Part shown: piece by piece, positions 39,756-50,955 of the stretch | Numbering within the stretch: position 1 is the first letter of the stretch | Layout of the letters: each line of letters begins with the position of its first letter | Origin: the human T2T-CHM13v2.0 reference genome, Homo sapiens | Assembly: GCF_009914755.1 (NCBI RefSeq) | Contig: NC_060941.1 | Reading direction: 5' to 3' (one strand) | Length of the DNA: 64,000 nt | Program-made: the position numbers and the translations under genes | Notes under the pieces: generated by a model | What the model was told of the DNA's origin: nothing | Seen by the model: only the letters and a program-made list of their open reading frames with translations | The model's database searches: none

Positions 39756-42700
39756 TAAAGCCAAGTTTTAAACAATGAGGGTATCCTCCTTGCTGGTGAT
39801 AAGGTAATAGGGGTGAAAGATAATTTGGCATGCTTTACATTTTTTTGTTTTCAAGAATAGTTGCTGCCTGGGAACAGGCACTTCATACCCACACGTTTCC
39901 GCAAATCTGTTGGTTTCCTGAGGTTGAATGGTTGGTAGAGCACAGTGGAGGGAGAATGAGGAAGGTCTCTGTGGGGACATTCTCTTGGTCTCCTTCCCTT
40001 TGGGCCCTCAATTCTATCCACACCTATGATTCAGGTGGGTAGGTTCACAGAGCATACTGCAGGGGGACTGTGGCTGGCAAGAGTGGGGACTTGCATGGAG
40101 AAATGAGTTTCTCCATGCCCAGGGGTAGGAGAGTAGTGGGATGGTAGCTTCACCTCAGTCTTTGTGCCACTCTTTCCTCCCAGGAGATTCCGCCTTTTAA
40201 AGCCCCAAGGACATTCAGCTGGAAGTGTAAGCCTAAATTCCTGCAGCCCTATCACATATCAAGCTTCCTCCATGGGAAGCAAAGAAAAAGCAAAGCATAA
40301 GTCACAGGCTACTTCCCGGCATGACTGAAGTGACATCGGATGCAAAAAAAGTATCCGTGTGTGACCATGTGTGCGTGTGTATGTGTCTGTGATGTGGGAA
40401 GAGAGGCAGAGGTCTGACACTTCCGATTTGGGGTTTGAGTCCTCAGGGCTCTTAAGCAAATGTGAGACAGCAATGCACCATTACAAGCAGCCTCTAATTT
40501 ATTGATTGACTCTTCATAAATGCCAGCTAACAATGTTGCCATAAAATAATGTGCCCGTAAAAGACCTGGAAGATTTCTCTTATGGAAATAAGGGCAGCAC
40601 TGTGCTTCTACATTGGGTGTACAAGTGGCAGAGGGGTGTCACTTTAGCAAATCCTAGAACTTACTAAGCCAAGATGGATGGGAACCTATGGGCTTTATTA
40701 GCCTGTCTGTTGGGATTTGCGTGTGAGTGGCACATATGTGCAGGTGTGCGACCGCATAATTATTCATAATTTTTCTGTCTGTTTGCCTGTATAAGGATCT
40801 ATGCAGGTCCATAAACAGACATGTGTGCACACACATTATGCAACGGGAGTCTGTGCTAGTAGTGTCTTTTGTGTACTGAGTTCCTGGATAGTGGGGTCTG
40901 TAGTCTCTTTATCTGTGGCTCCCAATGTCTAGTATATAGATGTTTTATAAATGTCAGTTGAAATGGGAAAAAAGTGCATATGTGTCTGTGAGTCTCTGAG
41001 GTGAGCCTTGTTGGTATTTGTTGGACTGTGTGTGGGTATGGGGACCAAGCATGGGCATTGAGGTATGACAGTGTAGGTGTGGTGTGGGCGAGTGTGTTCT
41101 CAGGAAGGCTTTTGCAAGGCTGTGAGTGTGGGTTAAATATGTGTGCCCTTCCTGAGACACTAGCCATCTCAGGCCTCAGTTCCCATCTTTAAATTTCTCA
41201 GTTTCCCATAGTGGGGTCTACAGAGGCCCTGCCACCTCACATAGGCTCCGTATCTGCCCAGCTCCTGAATCTTCCTAGGAAACTGGCCAAGGAAAGGGCA
41301 CTTGTGGAGTCTACCCACTGGGTAGTTCACACGCTCTGGTTGGTTTAACTTGGGGCATGGCCCCCACAGGCTGTTGCTGAATATCATGTTGTCCCCTGAG
41401 TTCCAATCCTCCAGCACTGCTCATGAAAACCCTGGGCTGTGCCTCATTAGCCCAAACCCATTGTGTCCACACTCACCCATATTTCTTAGCCCTCTTTTTG
41501 TTTTGGTTCCTGAAAAGGTCTTGACTTAACTCACCCCTCTTTGGAGGATCTGAATTCCTCTTACCAAACTGACACCCCTTGGATAATCTTGACTATTGGT
41601 GGCTAGGGATATTGCCCAGGGCTGGTGGTACTGTTCTGCTCACCTGAGGATATCAATGTCATGTTAACTTGCATTCTGTTAGCTAATGACTGGATACCAG
41701 CTTATTACCACTCCCTAAATGAATTGATTTGTCTTTGTTTACTCGCTTTACTGTCCTTGCCATTTCCATAGAGAGAATATTAGAAATACTAGAGCTGGAA
41801 GTGTTCCTAGAATGCATCTACTCCAATCCTCTCATTTTACAGATGGGGAAACTGAGGCCCAGAAAGGGAAGTGATACCGGTTATTTTTGAATTATTTATT
41901 TCACAGGAAGTGTATTGGGTACTTATGATATGCCAAATCCAGGGCTAGTATCACAGTCTACGGGGGAGGATAGACATGTGGGCTATTATAGTAAAATCCA
42001 AGCTGATGGATGTTATTACATAGGGAAGTGCACATTACATAGGGACACTTTGTTATATAAGGAAGGGGGTTATTACATAGGGCTGTGGGAACAGAGAGGA
42101 GAGGCTCTTACACAGATGGAAGAGATGAGGGGAGACTTCCAGAGCAGGTGACACATGAGTTGTTTCCTGAGTAGGAGCTCACCAACTGAAGGGGGGGCGG
42201 GTGGGGTAGAGAAAGTTTCAGCAGGTGGAGAAGCTTCTAATTTAATGCATTGCTATGGGCTTCTTTCCAGGGCACCTGCTTCTCATTCTTAATGTTCCAA
42301 AATGCGGAGGTGAAGATGAATGGAGGGAAAAAGGGGATGGATAATAAAAGTCTAAAAGCATGAATGAATGCATGAATGAGTGAATGAATAAAACCCACAC
42401 TGTTAATGTCCATCATGAGCTGATATATCATATATGTTAGCTCATGTAATTCTGGCAACATTGCAATTATTCTCATTTGACAGATGAGGCAAATGAAGCT
42501 TAGAGAGACTGAATAACTCTCAGGTCATGCAGATAGAGGGAAGCAGAATTCAAATCCAGGCCTGCTGGGCACTGCAACTAACTTTTCTACCCTACCCTGA
42601 TGCCAACTGTTGCCAACCTACTTCAGACATCACATGAAAAAAGTCTGAGGGTGGTATTTCACTTGACTCTTCCCTCTTAGTATTGTAAGGGAGGGTAGTC

Positions 42701-43060
42701 CTTGTCCCCTACTCACCAGCCACAGAGAGGGGAAGAATCCCTCCAGCCCTCCCTCCTGCAGAAGAGGCGAACCTTTCCCATCTGCCTAAATTCACATCAG
42801 TGAATCAAATGGAGTCTCTGCCAGTAAGCATATTAATGGGGCCTTTCCCAGTCCCCAAATCTGCTGAATCTTCATCTTCACTTGAAGCCAAATGAAGTTT
42901 GATTTTTAATTCACCTTGCAGAGTCATAAAGCAAACCAGTGATTGCAGTTAATGCTCAAACTCTGTCTCTTTCCAGGGTCTGCCGCCTGCCTGCCCTCAC
43001 GGCTGACTCTGCTGAGCTCACACCGCCTGGCAGGCACATCTCACTGCTCTCCCAGAGCAG

Positions 43061-43218
43061 CAGTGCCCCAGCGGGGCTGCACACTGGAACCACCTGGGGA
43101 GTTTTAGGAGCACCGAAGCCTGGCCCCCATGCCAGAGGGTCTGATGTCATTGGACTCTGGGCATCCGGATTCTTCGACGTTCTCTAGGTGGTGTGGGCAG
43201 CTGGGGTTGAGAATTCCT
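43061..43218. mobile_element. MER5A-like MITE, GC/CpG-rich copy
   Basis: ggctgcacactggaaccacctggggagtttt...ggggttgagaa. Confidence 0.7.
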
Positions 43219-43664
43219 AGCCCAGGATGCATCCTTACCTGAGGCACTTGGGATTTAAACAACCTCATGCTCTGAGACGTGCTTTTGATGCTAGGTTTCC
43301 CTGAACTGTGCTTCTCTTTTGAAGATGAATCTTTTGTTTTGTTCTCTTTTGGGGGATCCCCCTACTGCCTCAGACTCTCTGAGCCTGAGTTCTGCCTTGC
43401 CTTTGTCATGCTACTCCCTCTGCCTACAGATGGCCTGAGTTCTGTGTCTCTAACCTGCTCACAGACCTAACTGGTGCTGCCTTCTGCTTAGTCTTGGATT
43501 GCTTCCTATAAAGACACTGTCACACTGTCTTGGGAGCAAGTCTCATGAAAGAAAAACAGTGCCATTTCAGAGGCAGAGAATCTTTGGTGCAAATTCTAGC
43601 CTGGACATTCACTGGTTTGTATAACCTCCCTGAGAGCAGTTTTGTCCTCTGTCAAATGGTTGCT

Positions 43665-44258
43665 ACGGCTGTTTATTACTGTACAATAAACCCACCCAAA
43701 ACTTAGTGGCTTAATACAACCATATTTATTTTATTAAATATTTATATGATCTTATTAAAATATTTATTTTCCTAAAGAACCCACGATTTGGGCAGGGCTC
43801 AGCAGGGACAGCTCATTTTTGCTCTAGTCAGCATCAACGGGGGCAGCTTGAAGCCTGGGGCTAGAGTTCTCCAATGCCTTGTTCATCCACATATCTGGCA
43901 GCCAAGGCCAGAGCGCTGCTACTGCTTGGGCATCTTTCCCTCTTTCTGCCTCAACATGGTCTATACAGCACATGGTTTCGGGGTACCACATTTCTTGTAC
44001 GTTGGCTCAAAGCTCCCAAGGTATGTGTCTAAGACAGAGCCTGATAGAAGCTGCATCTTTTATTGACCAGCCTTGGAGGTCATGAAGCATCCTTTCCACT
44101 TCATTCTCTTCATCAGCGCAGCCATAAAGATCCTCCTGGAGTTGAGGGATAAGGAAATAGACTCCACCTCTTGATGAGGGTGTAACAAGGTTTATGAAGA
44201 GCATGTGGGAAGGGAAAAACATTGTTGCAGCCACTTTGGGAAACTACAATCTGCTACA
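43665..44258 (-). mobile_element. MLT1G/H-like MaLR LTR
   Basis: acccaaaacttagtggcttaatacaacc...ttgggcagggctcagcaggg...tagactccacctcttgatg...tacaatctgctaca. Confidence 0.8.
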
Positions 44259-44520
44259 ATGGGAATAAGAATACTCTATTGTAAAACAGATTTATTTTGG
44301 TGATTAAAGAAATGCATCCTAAACTCTTAACCTAAACCAATTAGCTTTTATTATGAATAAACCTTTTGCATATATTACCTCACTGAAACCTCATAGCAAC
44401 TCTGCGAAGTAGGTACTACTTCCTCCTTTTACAGAAGCAAGATCCATGGTTCAGAAGCCAGCTCAGGTCATACAATAGTGAGTTACAGGTCTGGATTTGA
44501 AGCTCTATGTGGCTCTGAAG

Positions 44521-44748
44521 CGGTGGTTCTCAACCTCAGATGGGGGAAGGTAATTTTGTCCCCCAGGAGACATTTAGCAATTTCCAGAGACACTTTTTGG
44601 CTGTCACAACTACTGTGGGTGGGGCAAGTGACACAGGCATCTAATGGGTAGGGATGCTGCTGAGCGTCTCCTCAAGGCACAGGACTGCCCCCACAACAAA
44701 GAATTATCCAGCCTAAAATGTCAATAGTGCTGAGATTGAGAAACCCTA
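44521..44748 (+). mobile_element. MER20 hAT-Charlie MITE (inside a MIR)
   Basis: ggtggttctcaacc...ggacatt-like...ctgtcacaact...aaagaattatccagcctaaaatgtcaatagtgctgagattgagaaaccct. Confidence 0.9.
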
Positions 44749-46071
44749 GATGATGTTTTAAACCACTACTTTTTTGTAGGCATTTCTTAATGTTGATTCC
44801 TGCTTTTCCTTCCCCCAATTTCACTTGCCATTCCAGCTTCTTTCCTAGAGCAGCCCTTGGCTGGTGTTTGTTCTACTGGGTTTGGAATGAATCACAACAA
44901 TTAAAATTGGGCATGCCTTCCAAGGCCCCATCTTGCTCAAGGGAGTTGAATCCAGGTCTAGGAGATGAGCAGTCTCAGGCTGCTTGCTTGGGGTCTACTG
45001 GGCTAAGCTTAGCTTTGCTCAGAGAAAAAGCATCATGCTTGTGGGGTGGGGAGTCTTTTGGGTTATGACCCATGTGCTATTTAGGAAAAACCCAGGGATA
45101 ATGCCGTTTGAAGCTGGTGGCCTAGCTATATGCCTTTCCTAAGAAAGGCTCTTCACAGAGCTGGTAAGTATGCCTCTCAGCTCCAGGAAGGATGGAGGCT
45201 GGAACAGTGCAATGGGATTCTTTCACATCTGCACTGATGTCCGTACAATTTAGTCAGAGGTCAGATGTTTTAAAAGCACTAGAAATTAACCTTTAGCTTA
45301 AAAGTAAGTTTCTGTCACCCTCCGCTCCTCTCTCTATTGCTCATGGGCAAGCTGCCTAATGAACATAGCTCAGTTCCAATTGAAGCTGTACAGATACTTG
45401 GTGCAGCATGAAGTTAGCCTCTGAAGGCTTTTAGGAAGAGCTAGGAAACTGTGACAAAGGAAGGGAGATACATTTATGCCAAGACAATAATTGCATTAAT
45501 GCTCTGTACTGAGGACTTCATGAATCTGGATGTGGTCAAGGCCTGGGATGTGAAGGGCATACTCTAGAATTAAGTCTTCTTTTAACGTGGCCATAACAAT
45601 GACAGGTGGAGCTAAGTGCAACATCAGGGATCATTGCAGTTTGGGAAATTCTAATGCTGAGACTGTGACCTTGGCCATGCCAGAGGATCTCCGGCAGAGT
45701 TGCAACAGTGCATCAGTGCTCGTGCCAAGCAAACTTGGCTTTGAATCTGGGACCTGCCACTTACCTGCTGTGTGATCTTGTGCTAGTTACTTGGCTTCTC
45801 TGAGTCACAAAAAACATTAAACACAATGACACAGAACAGAAACTCAATGTATGGACATTGCTATCATTATTCTTAATTCGGTTCTGCAGAAGCTGAAAAT
45901 CTAATCTGGAAAGAGAAATTGCTGGAGTCCCTAGGATTTGAATTTGGAAAGCTGTATGTCACCTCAGGCTTCGGTCTCCTGCCTCTGAATTCCCTTTGCT
46001 GCCTACCTCAAGGAGCTGAAAATCTGAGACTCTTATGGAGTTTGCAGTCAGAAACGAGACAATGATAGAGG

Positions 46072-46953
46072 CCCCAGCTGCCCAATATGGCAACTACTGT
46101 CCACATGTAGCTGTTGGGAGCTCAAAATGTGGCTGATGTAACTGAATATCTGGATTTCAAATTTCATCTCTTTTTAATTATATTTAAATTTAAAAAGTCT
46201 TACTAGGTTCAGTTATTGGAAGACCTTTAAGTATGTCTGGAACAAGTTGATATGTGAACCTCCCTTTTCAACTATGATGTTTATGAAATCAAAATACAGA
46301 CCAGTTATTTTCATTGAAAACTGAGATGAGCTGTAAGTATAATACGCATGGCAGATTTGGCAGACTTACTACAAAAAAAGAAGGTAAACTATCTTGTTAA
46401 TAATTTCTTTTATGTGGATTACATTGGTTACATGTTGAACTGATGACATGTTGAAATATTTTGGATATATTGGGTTAAATAAAATACATTATTAGCCAGC
46501 AATTTCATATGTGAAAAGAAATATCATGATGGGCATGTTGGCTTTTTTCCCCTTTGATGCCAATATACGTGTATACAAGTCAGTCAATAAGGTTTGTTCT
46601 AAGGGTAAAAGTGTAGATTCTAAGTTTACAAAGCTAAAGAGTATTAAAAAACATTTGCATTCTGAAATTAAATAAAACTTTAATAATGGAAAAAATAATT
46701 TCACTTTTTAAAAAATTATTTTTTACTTGATTAAGATTTTTTAAAGATACAGGATGTTGACATGTTACTCAGGTTGCTCTTGAACTCCTGGGTTCAAGCA
46801 TTCCTCTTACCTCAGCCTTCCAAGTAGCTGGGACTACTGGTGCGTGTCATCATGCCCGGCTCACTTATTTCCTTTTACTTCACTTAAATGCGGCTGTTAG
46901 AAAACCTAAAATTACGTATAAGGCTTGCGTTATAGTTCTATCAGCTACTGCTG
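46072..46953. mobile_element. Charlie1-derived non-autonomous DNA transposon carrying two insertions
   Basis: gctgcccaatatggcaactactgtccacatgtagct...ttttggatatattgggttaaataaaatacattatt [insert] aatttcact [Alu monomer] ...tagaaaacctaaaattacgtata. Confidence 0.75.
46720..46860 (-). mobile_element. Alu monomer (FLAM-like)
   Basis: tgttactcaggttgctcttgaactcctgggttcaagcattcctc...catgcccggc; tcactt is present on both sides. Confidence 0.8.
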
Positions 46954-46987
46954 ATGTAGACCACCCAGCCAGCTTTAGATCTAGACC

Positions 46988-47171
46988 CTAGACTGCCTCT
47001 CATCTAGGTACAAACAGTTCTGCCGGGAGTTCTGCATTGGGCTTTAGAGCTAATGCTTGAGATGAATAAAGCACGCACTTTTTCTGATTTGTTTCCTTGC
47101 CTCTGTGTATGTATTTTCCGTGAGGACCTTGTGGGAAGATGTGGATGGTGGGTATTGATGGGGTTTGGATA
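46988..47171 (+). repeat. Dispersed direct repeat B, copy 1 (pairs with 48253-48436)
   Basis: 184 bp ungapped, 13 mismatches (93%). Confidence 0.97.
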
Positions 47172-47994
47172 GCCCTGAATCTCTTTCTTAGTCAAATCCC
47201 ATCTTAACATTGGCCCTTTAAAGCAAGTTGCTTTCCCTTTACTGAATGTGTTTCTATTCTTCCGTTGTCCCACCCCTCAAATACCTAGCTTGGTTAGTTT
47301 ACTGACTGCAGAGACGAGGAGTTCTCCATCTTACTGGTTCAAAACATATTTCCTTCGAGCTCTAGGGAAAGCCTTCTCGTCCAAACACTTCCAGATGTGG
47401 AGAGCTAATCTTTGTTGAGTCTATGCACACCTCTTGGCCCTTTAATACACTTGAGGCTTGGCGCATTTTGATCTCAGACTTTCTGGGCTGCAGTGTCCAG
47501 AAAGGCCCTGAAAGCCCTGTTGAGGCCCTAGCACATGCCGACTCCTAGTAAAACCTGTGCAGTGAATGAGGAGGAAAGGCAACAGGTGCTGCCACAAGTC
47601 AAACAAGGAACAGATGAGCCAGCCTTGTTTCCCAAGTCTAATTTGCACATGGCTTCGTGATATTTAACCAAATGTGGGAAGAGAATAATATTTCTCCTAT
47701 TTATCCCCAAGTCAGTCCTGAAACAGATTCATCAGCAAACTCATTTCCTTCTCAGGATTTTCGGTAACTGTTTCACTTGTTTATTGAAAGGGAATGACAG
47801 CCCTGATTAAGTTCACACATATTCTTTATCTAAAGAGAAAGATCCTTAGAGGTCACTAATCCAATCGCTGTGTTTCTCCGTGGGGGAACCCAATACCTGG
47901 AGGTATAACAGTGAGCCCCTTTCAGCTTGGAGGTTGTGAAATACTGTGGTAACAGTCTTCTGTTCTAGCTGGGAAGGTGGGAAATTGTGGGGAT

Positions 47995-48195
47995 GCAGCA
48001 TGTGATTTAGAAAGAGATACGAACTGGTTGGAATCTTGGTTTGACCACTTACTACCTATGTGTTTCTGACCAAGACCCCCTTCACTCTCTAAACGTCAGC
48101 TTCATCATCTGTAACTGGAATGACATAACCTACTTCCTGGGTTTGTTTGCAAGAACACAGAACCTGACATAAAGTAAGTGCTCAATCACTGGCAG
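47995..48195 (+). mobile_element. MIR SINE
   Basis: accacttactacctatgtg...tcagcttcatcatctgtaactgg...cctgacataaagtaagtgctcaat. Confidence 0.75.
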
Positions 48196-48252
48196 CTCAA
48201 TCCTCTGAGCTACCGTAATACCCAACATGTCTGTTAGTGGTTGGCTTATGGG

Positions 48253-48436
48253 CTAGGCTGCCTCTCATGTAGGTACAAACAGTTCTCCCGGGAGTCCTGC
48301 ATTGGGCTTTAGAGGTAACACTTTAGATGAATAAAGCATGCACTTTTTCTGGCTTGTTTCCTTGCCTCTGTGTATGTATTTTCCGTGAGGACCTTGTGGG
48401 AAGGTGTGGCTGGTGGGTATTGATGGGGTTTGGATA
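48253..48436 (+). repeat. Dispersed direct repeat B, copy 2
   Basis: Offset of 1265 bp from copy 1. Confidence 0.97.
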
Positions 48437-50629
48437 TGTGAGCTCCTGAGAAATTAGAAACCTATGAATTCCCCATATTTCTCATCATCTTTTACTTTAT
48501 TTTAATAGATCATTGAAGCAAATCCTTCAGATTTTTCACTCTTTTCTAATATTCTTAGTCAGTGATGGCAGTGGAACCCCAGCTTCAATGTTATTCCTCA
48601 GGTTTTTGGGAAGAGAGGAGATGAGATAAACTTCAAGTCCTGAATTGATCAATAACTATGTTTATTCTTGCTCTGATTCTTGTCCATATCAACTTTTGAC
48701 AGGAAGAAGCAGACACAACAGAGGTAATGTTTGGGTGGGACACTATTAAGCCAACCAAGTAAATGGCCTGGGATGTGGTTGTGAGTTCTTCATAGGTTTA
48801 CTCAAAATTAGGGAAATTCTATACCTAATACCTTGGATCATGGCAGGAAAGATGTCGTTATCTACAATTTTAGGGCTCGCTCTGTTGAAAGCAGCATGGT
48901 TGAAAATGGAAAGCTTGATCATAAATTTAGTTTTAGATTTTTAAGCATGAAATAATGGCCACTTGCTGAGAAAGTTTGAGGTTGTTTTTATTTTTAATGA
49001 TCACCTCAGTTGAGAAGTGCCTGCATGCAGAAGATATGCAGTGTAGACAGGAGACCCGAGTTCAATTCTGGACTCTACTAGTGACTTTCTCTGTGACCTT
49101 GGAGAAATAGTGGCTGTGTATCCTATAGACATTTATCCTTTATTCTGCACCCTGTTCAGTAGTGGGGGCTTTATGCAGTCTTGCTTCTTATCACAGCTGT
49201 AAAGCTAACTAACTAGCTCGATGACACAAGGCTGGTAAATAGTGACAGGCAGGATGAGATTTGAACCCAAGCCTTCTGGTTCCTGAAGCCCATTTCCATC
49301 CCACTGTGTCATATTTCATTTGCAGAAGACAAAGTCTGGAAGGACTTAGAAAAATAATCATGGAAATTTGTGGGGTTGGGGAAGGTTTAAACGCATAAAG
49401 TCAAGATAAGTTTGGAAGTAGATGTGTATCTCGAGTCGAGAGTCAGAAAACTGCCTCAGAAGCCCATGCCCCAGAGAGCTGTGTCCATGGCTGTTTCTCA
49501 CTCTTCATGTTCCCATAGGCCATTAGTGGGTTTCAGCTTCCAGCCGTGTCTGTGAGTAGCAGCAAGGGCAGCAGGCTGATGAGCCTTACACTGATAGTGT
49601 CTCTTCTCTGATTAGTATCGGCCACACTTCTTTCATTATGTATGTCCTTTCTGTTCCTTCATTCGCCAAACCTTTGGTCTCTATGTTGCAGGCACTGGAC
49701 TACAGACCTGGACCACCAGTAATCCCAGACCTCTTCTGGGTTAGATAGAAGGCAGATCTGGGTACTCCATACACTGTTCTTTCCAGGCTTCAGCATTGGA
49801 AGTTTTTCCAGCTGCTGGCTTTTATCACTACCTCTAACTCTATCCCATGCCCATGTTTTGGTGTTTTGGGTTCTTTCTGTTGGTTTATTTGGTGTCTGAT
49901 CTGTTGAGGCTGCTCTGATAGTTATATTCTATGGATGTGCCATTCTTCTCCACGTCTGGCTTCTCTCTTTGCCCCCATAACCAGCTGCAGGGGGCTAAAA
50001 CTGAGGAGAGTGGATTGTTTCAAATTCAGGCAGTTTGTCAAAAGTGAAGACATGGCCCAGAAGGGTGACTTAAAAAACAGAGAAAACATGGAGATTATAA
50101 GGAAATGACCCACAGGAACCATTCTTATAAGGGAGAGGAGCAATGGGGATGGGCTTTTCCAAACTGGAGGTCTCAGAACTCCAAACAGACTACCTGAGAT
50201 AAAGGGTATTATTTTTACTCCGAATGCCCAGGCGGGCCTATATACTAAGATTGGAAGCACTTATTAAGATAGGTAACTCCGTGTCCTTCAGTTTGGGGCC
50301 AAGGACTATGAAGGACATCTGAAAGATACATTGTGAAGAAGGAAATTAAAAGAAATCTCCTGATGACCATCTCAGACAGATATTAGCAGGTGTCTGTGTA
50401 TATATGTATGTATATAATTTTATACTTTTAACATTTATACTTTTATAATTTTAAAATTATATACATATATATAATTTTTTAAAGAAAAAAGGCTGTATAG
50501 CAGTTATAAGTATGAGCTGATGAGCTATTGAATCAGATTCTATTGAAATATCACTCCTGCAACTTATTTGCTGGTTAACCTTGGGCAAATCACATAATCT
50601 CTTTGTGTCTGTAGTTCCCCATTGGTAGA

Positions 50630-50955
50630 TGACATGGTTTGGCTGTGGCCCCACCCAAATCTCATCTTGAACTGTAGCTCCCACGTCCCCATGTGTTGTG
50701 GGGTCTTTCCTGTGCTATTCTTGTGATAGTGAATTAAGTCTCACAAGATCTGATGGTTTTATAAAGGGGAGTTCCCCTGCACAAGCTCTCTTGCAAGCCC
50801 CATGCAAGATGTCCCTCTGCTCTTCCTTCGTCTTTTGCCATGATTGTGAGGTCTCCCCAGCCATGTGGAGCTGTGAGTCCATTACACCTCTTTCCTTTAT
50901 AAATTAGCCAGTCTCGGGTATGTCTTTATTAGCAGTGTGAGAACAGACTAATACA
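50630..50955 (+). mobile_element. THE1B-like solo LTR inside a MIR
   Basis: TG...CA ends (tgacatggtttggctgtg...gactaataca); perfect 5-bp TSD gtaga at 50625-50629 and 50956-50960; internal deletion. Confidence 0.93.

Noticed and set aside
46988-48436. Interpretation of the 184-bp direct repeats as LTRs of a small retroelement
   Set aside because: No TG...CA termini, TSD, primer-binding site or polypurine tract; the interior holds an older MIR.
50850-50865. PRDM9 hotspot 13-mer in the THE1 LTR
   Set aside because: It reads gtctccccagccat and does not fit CCNCCNTNNCCNC.
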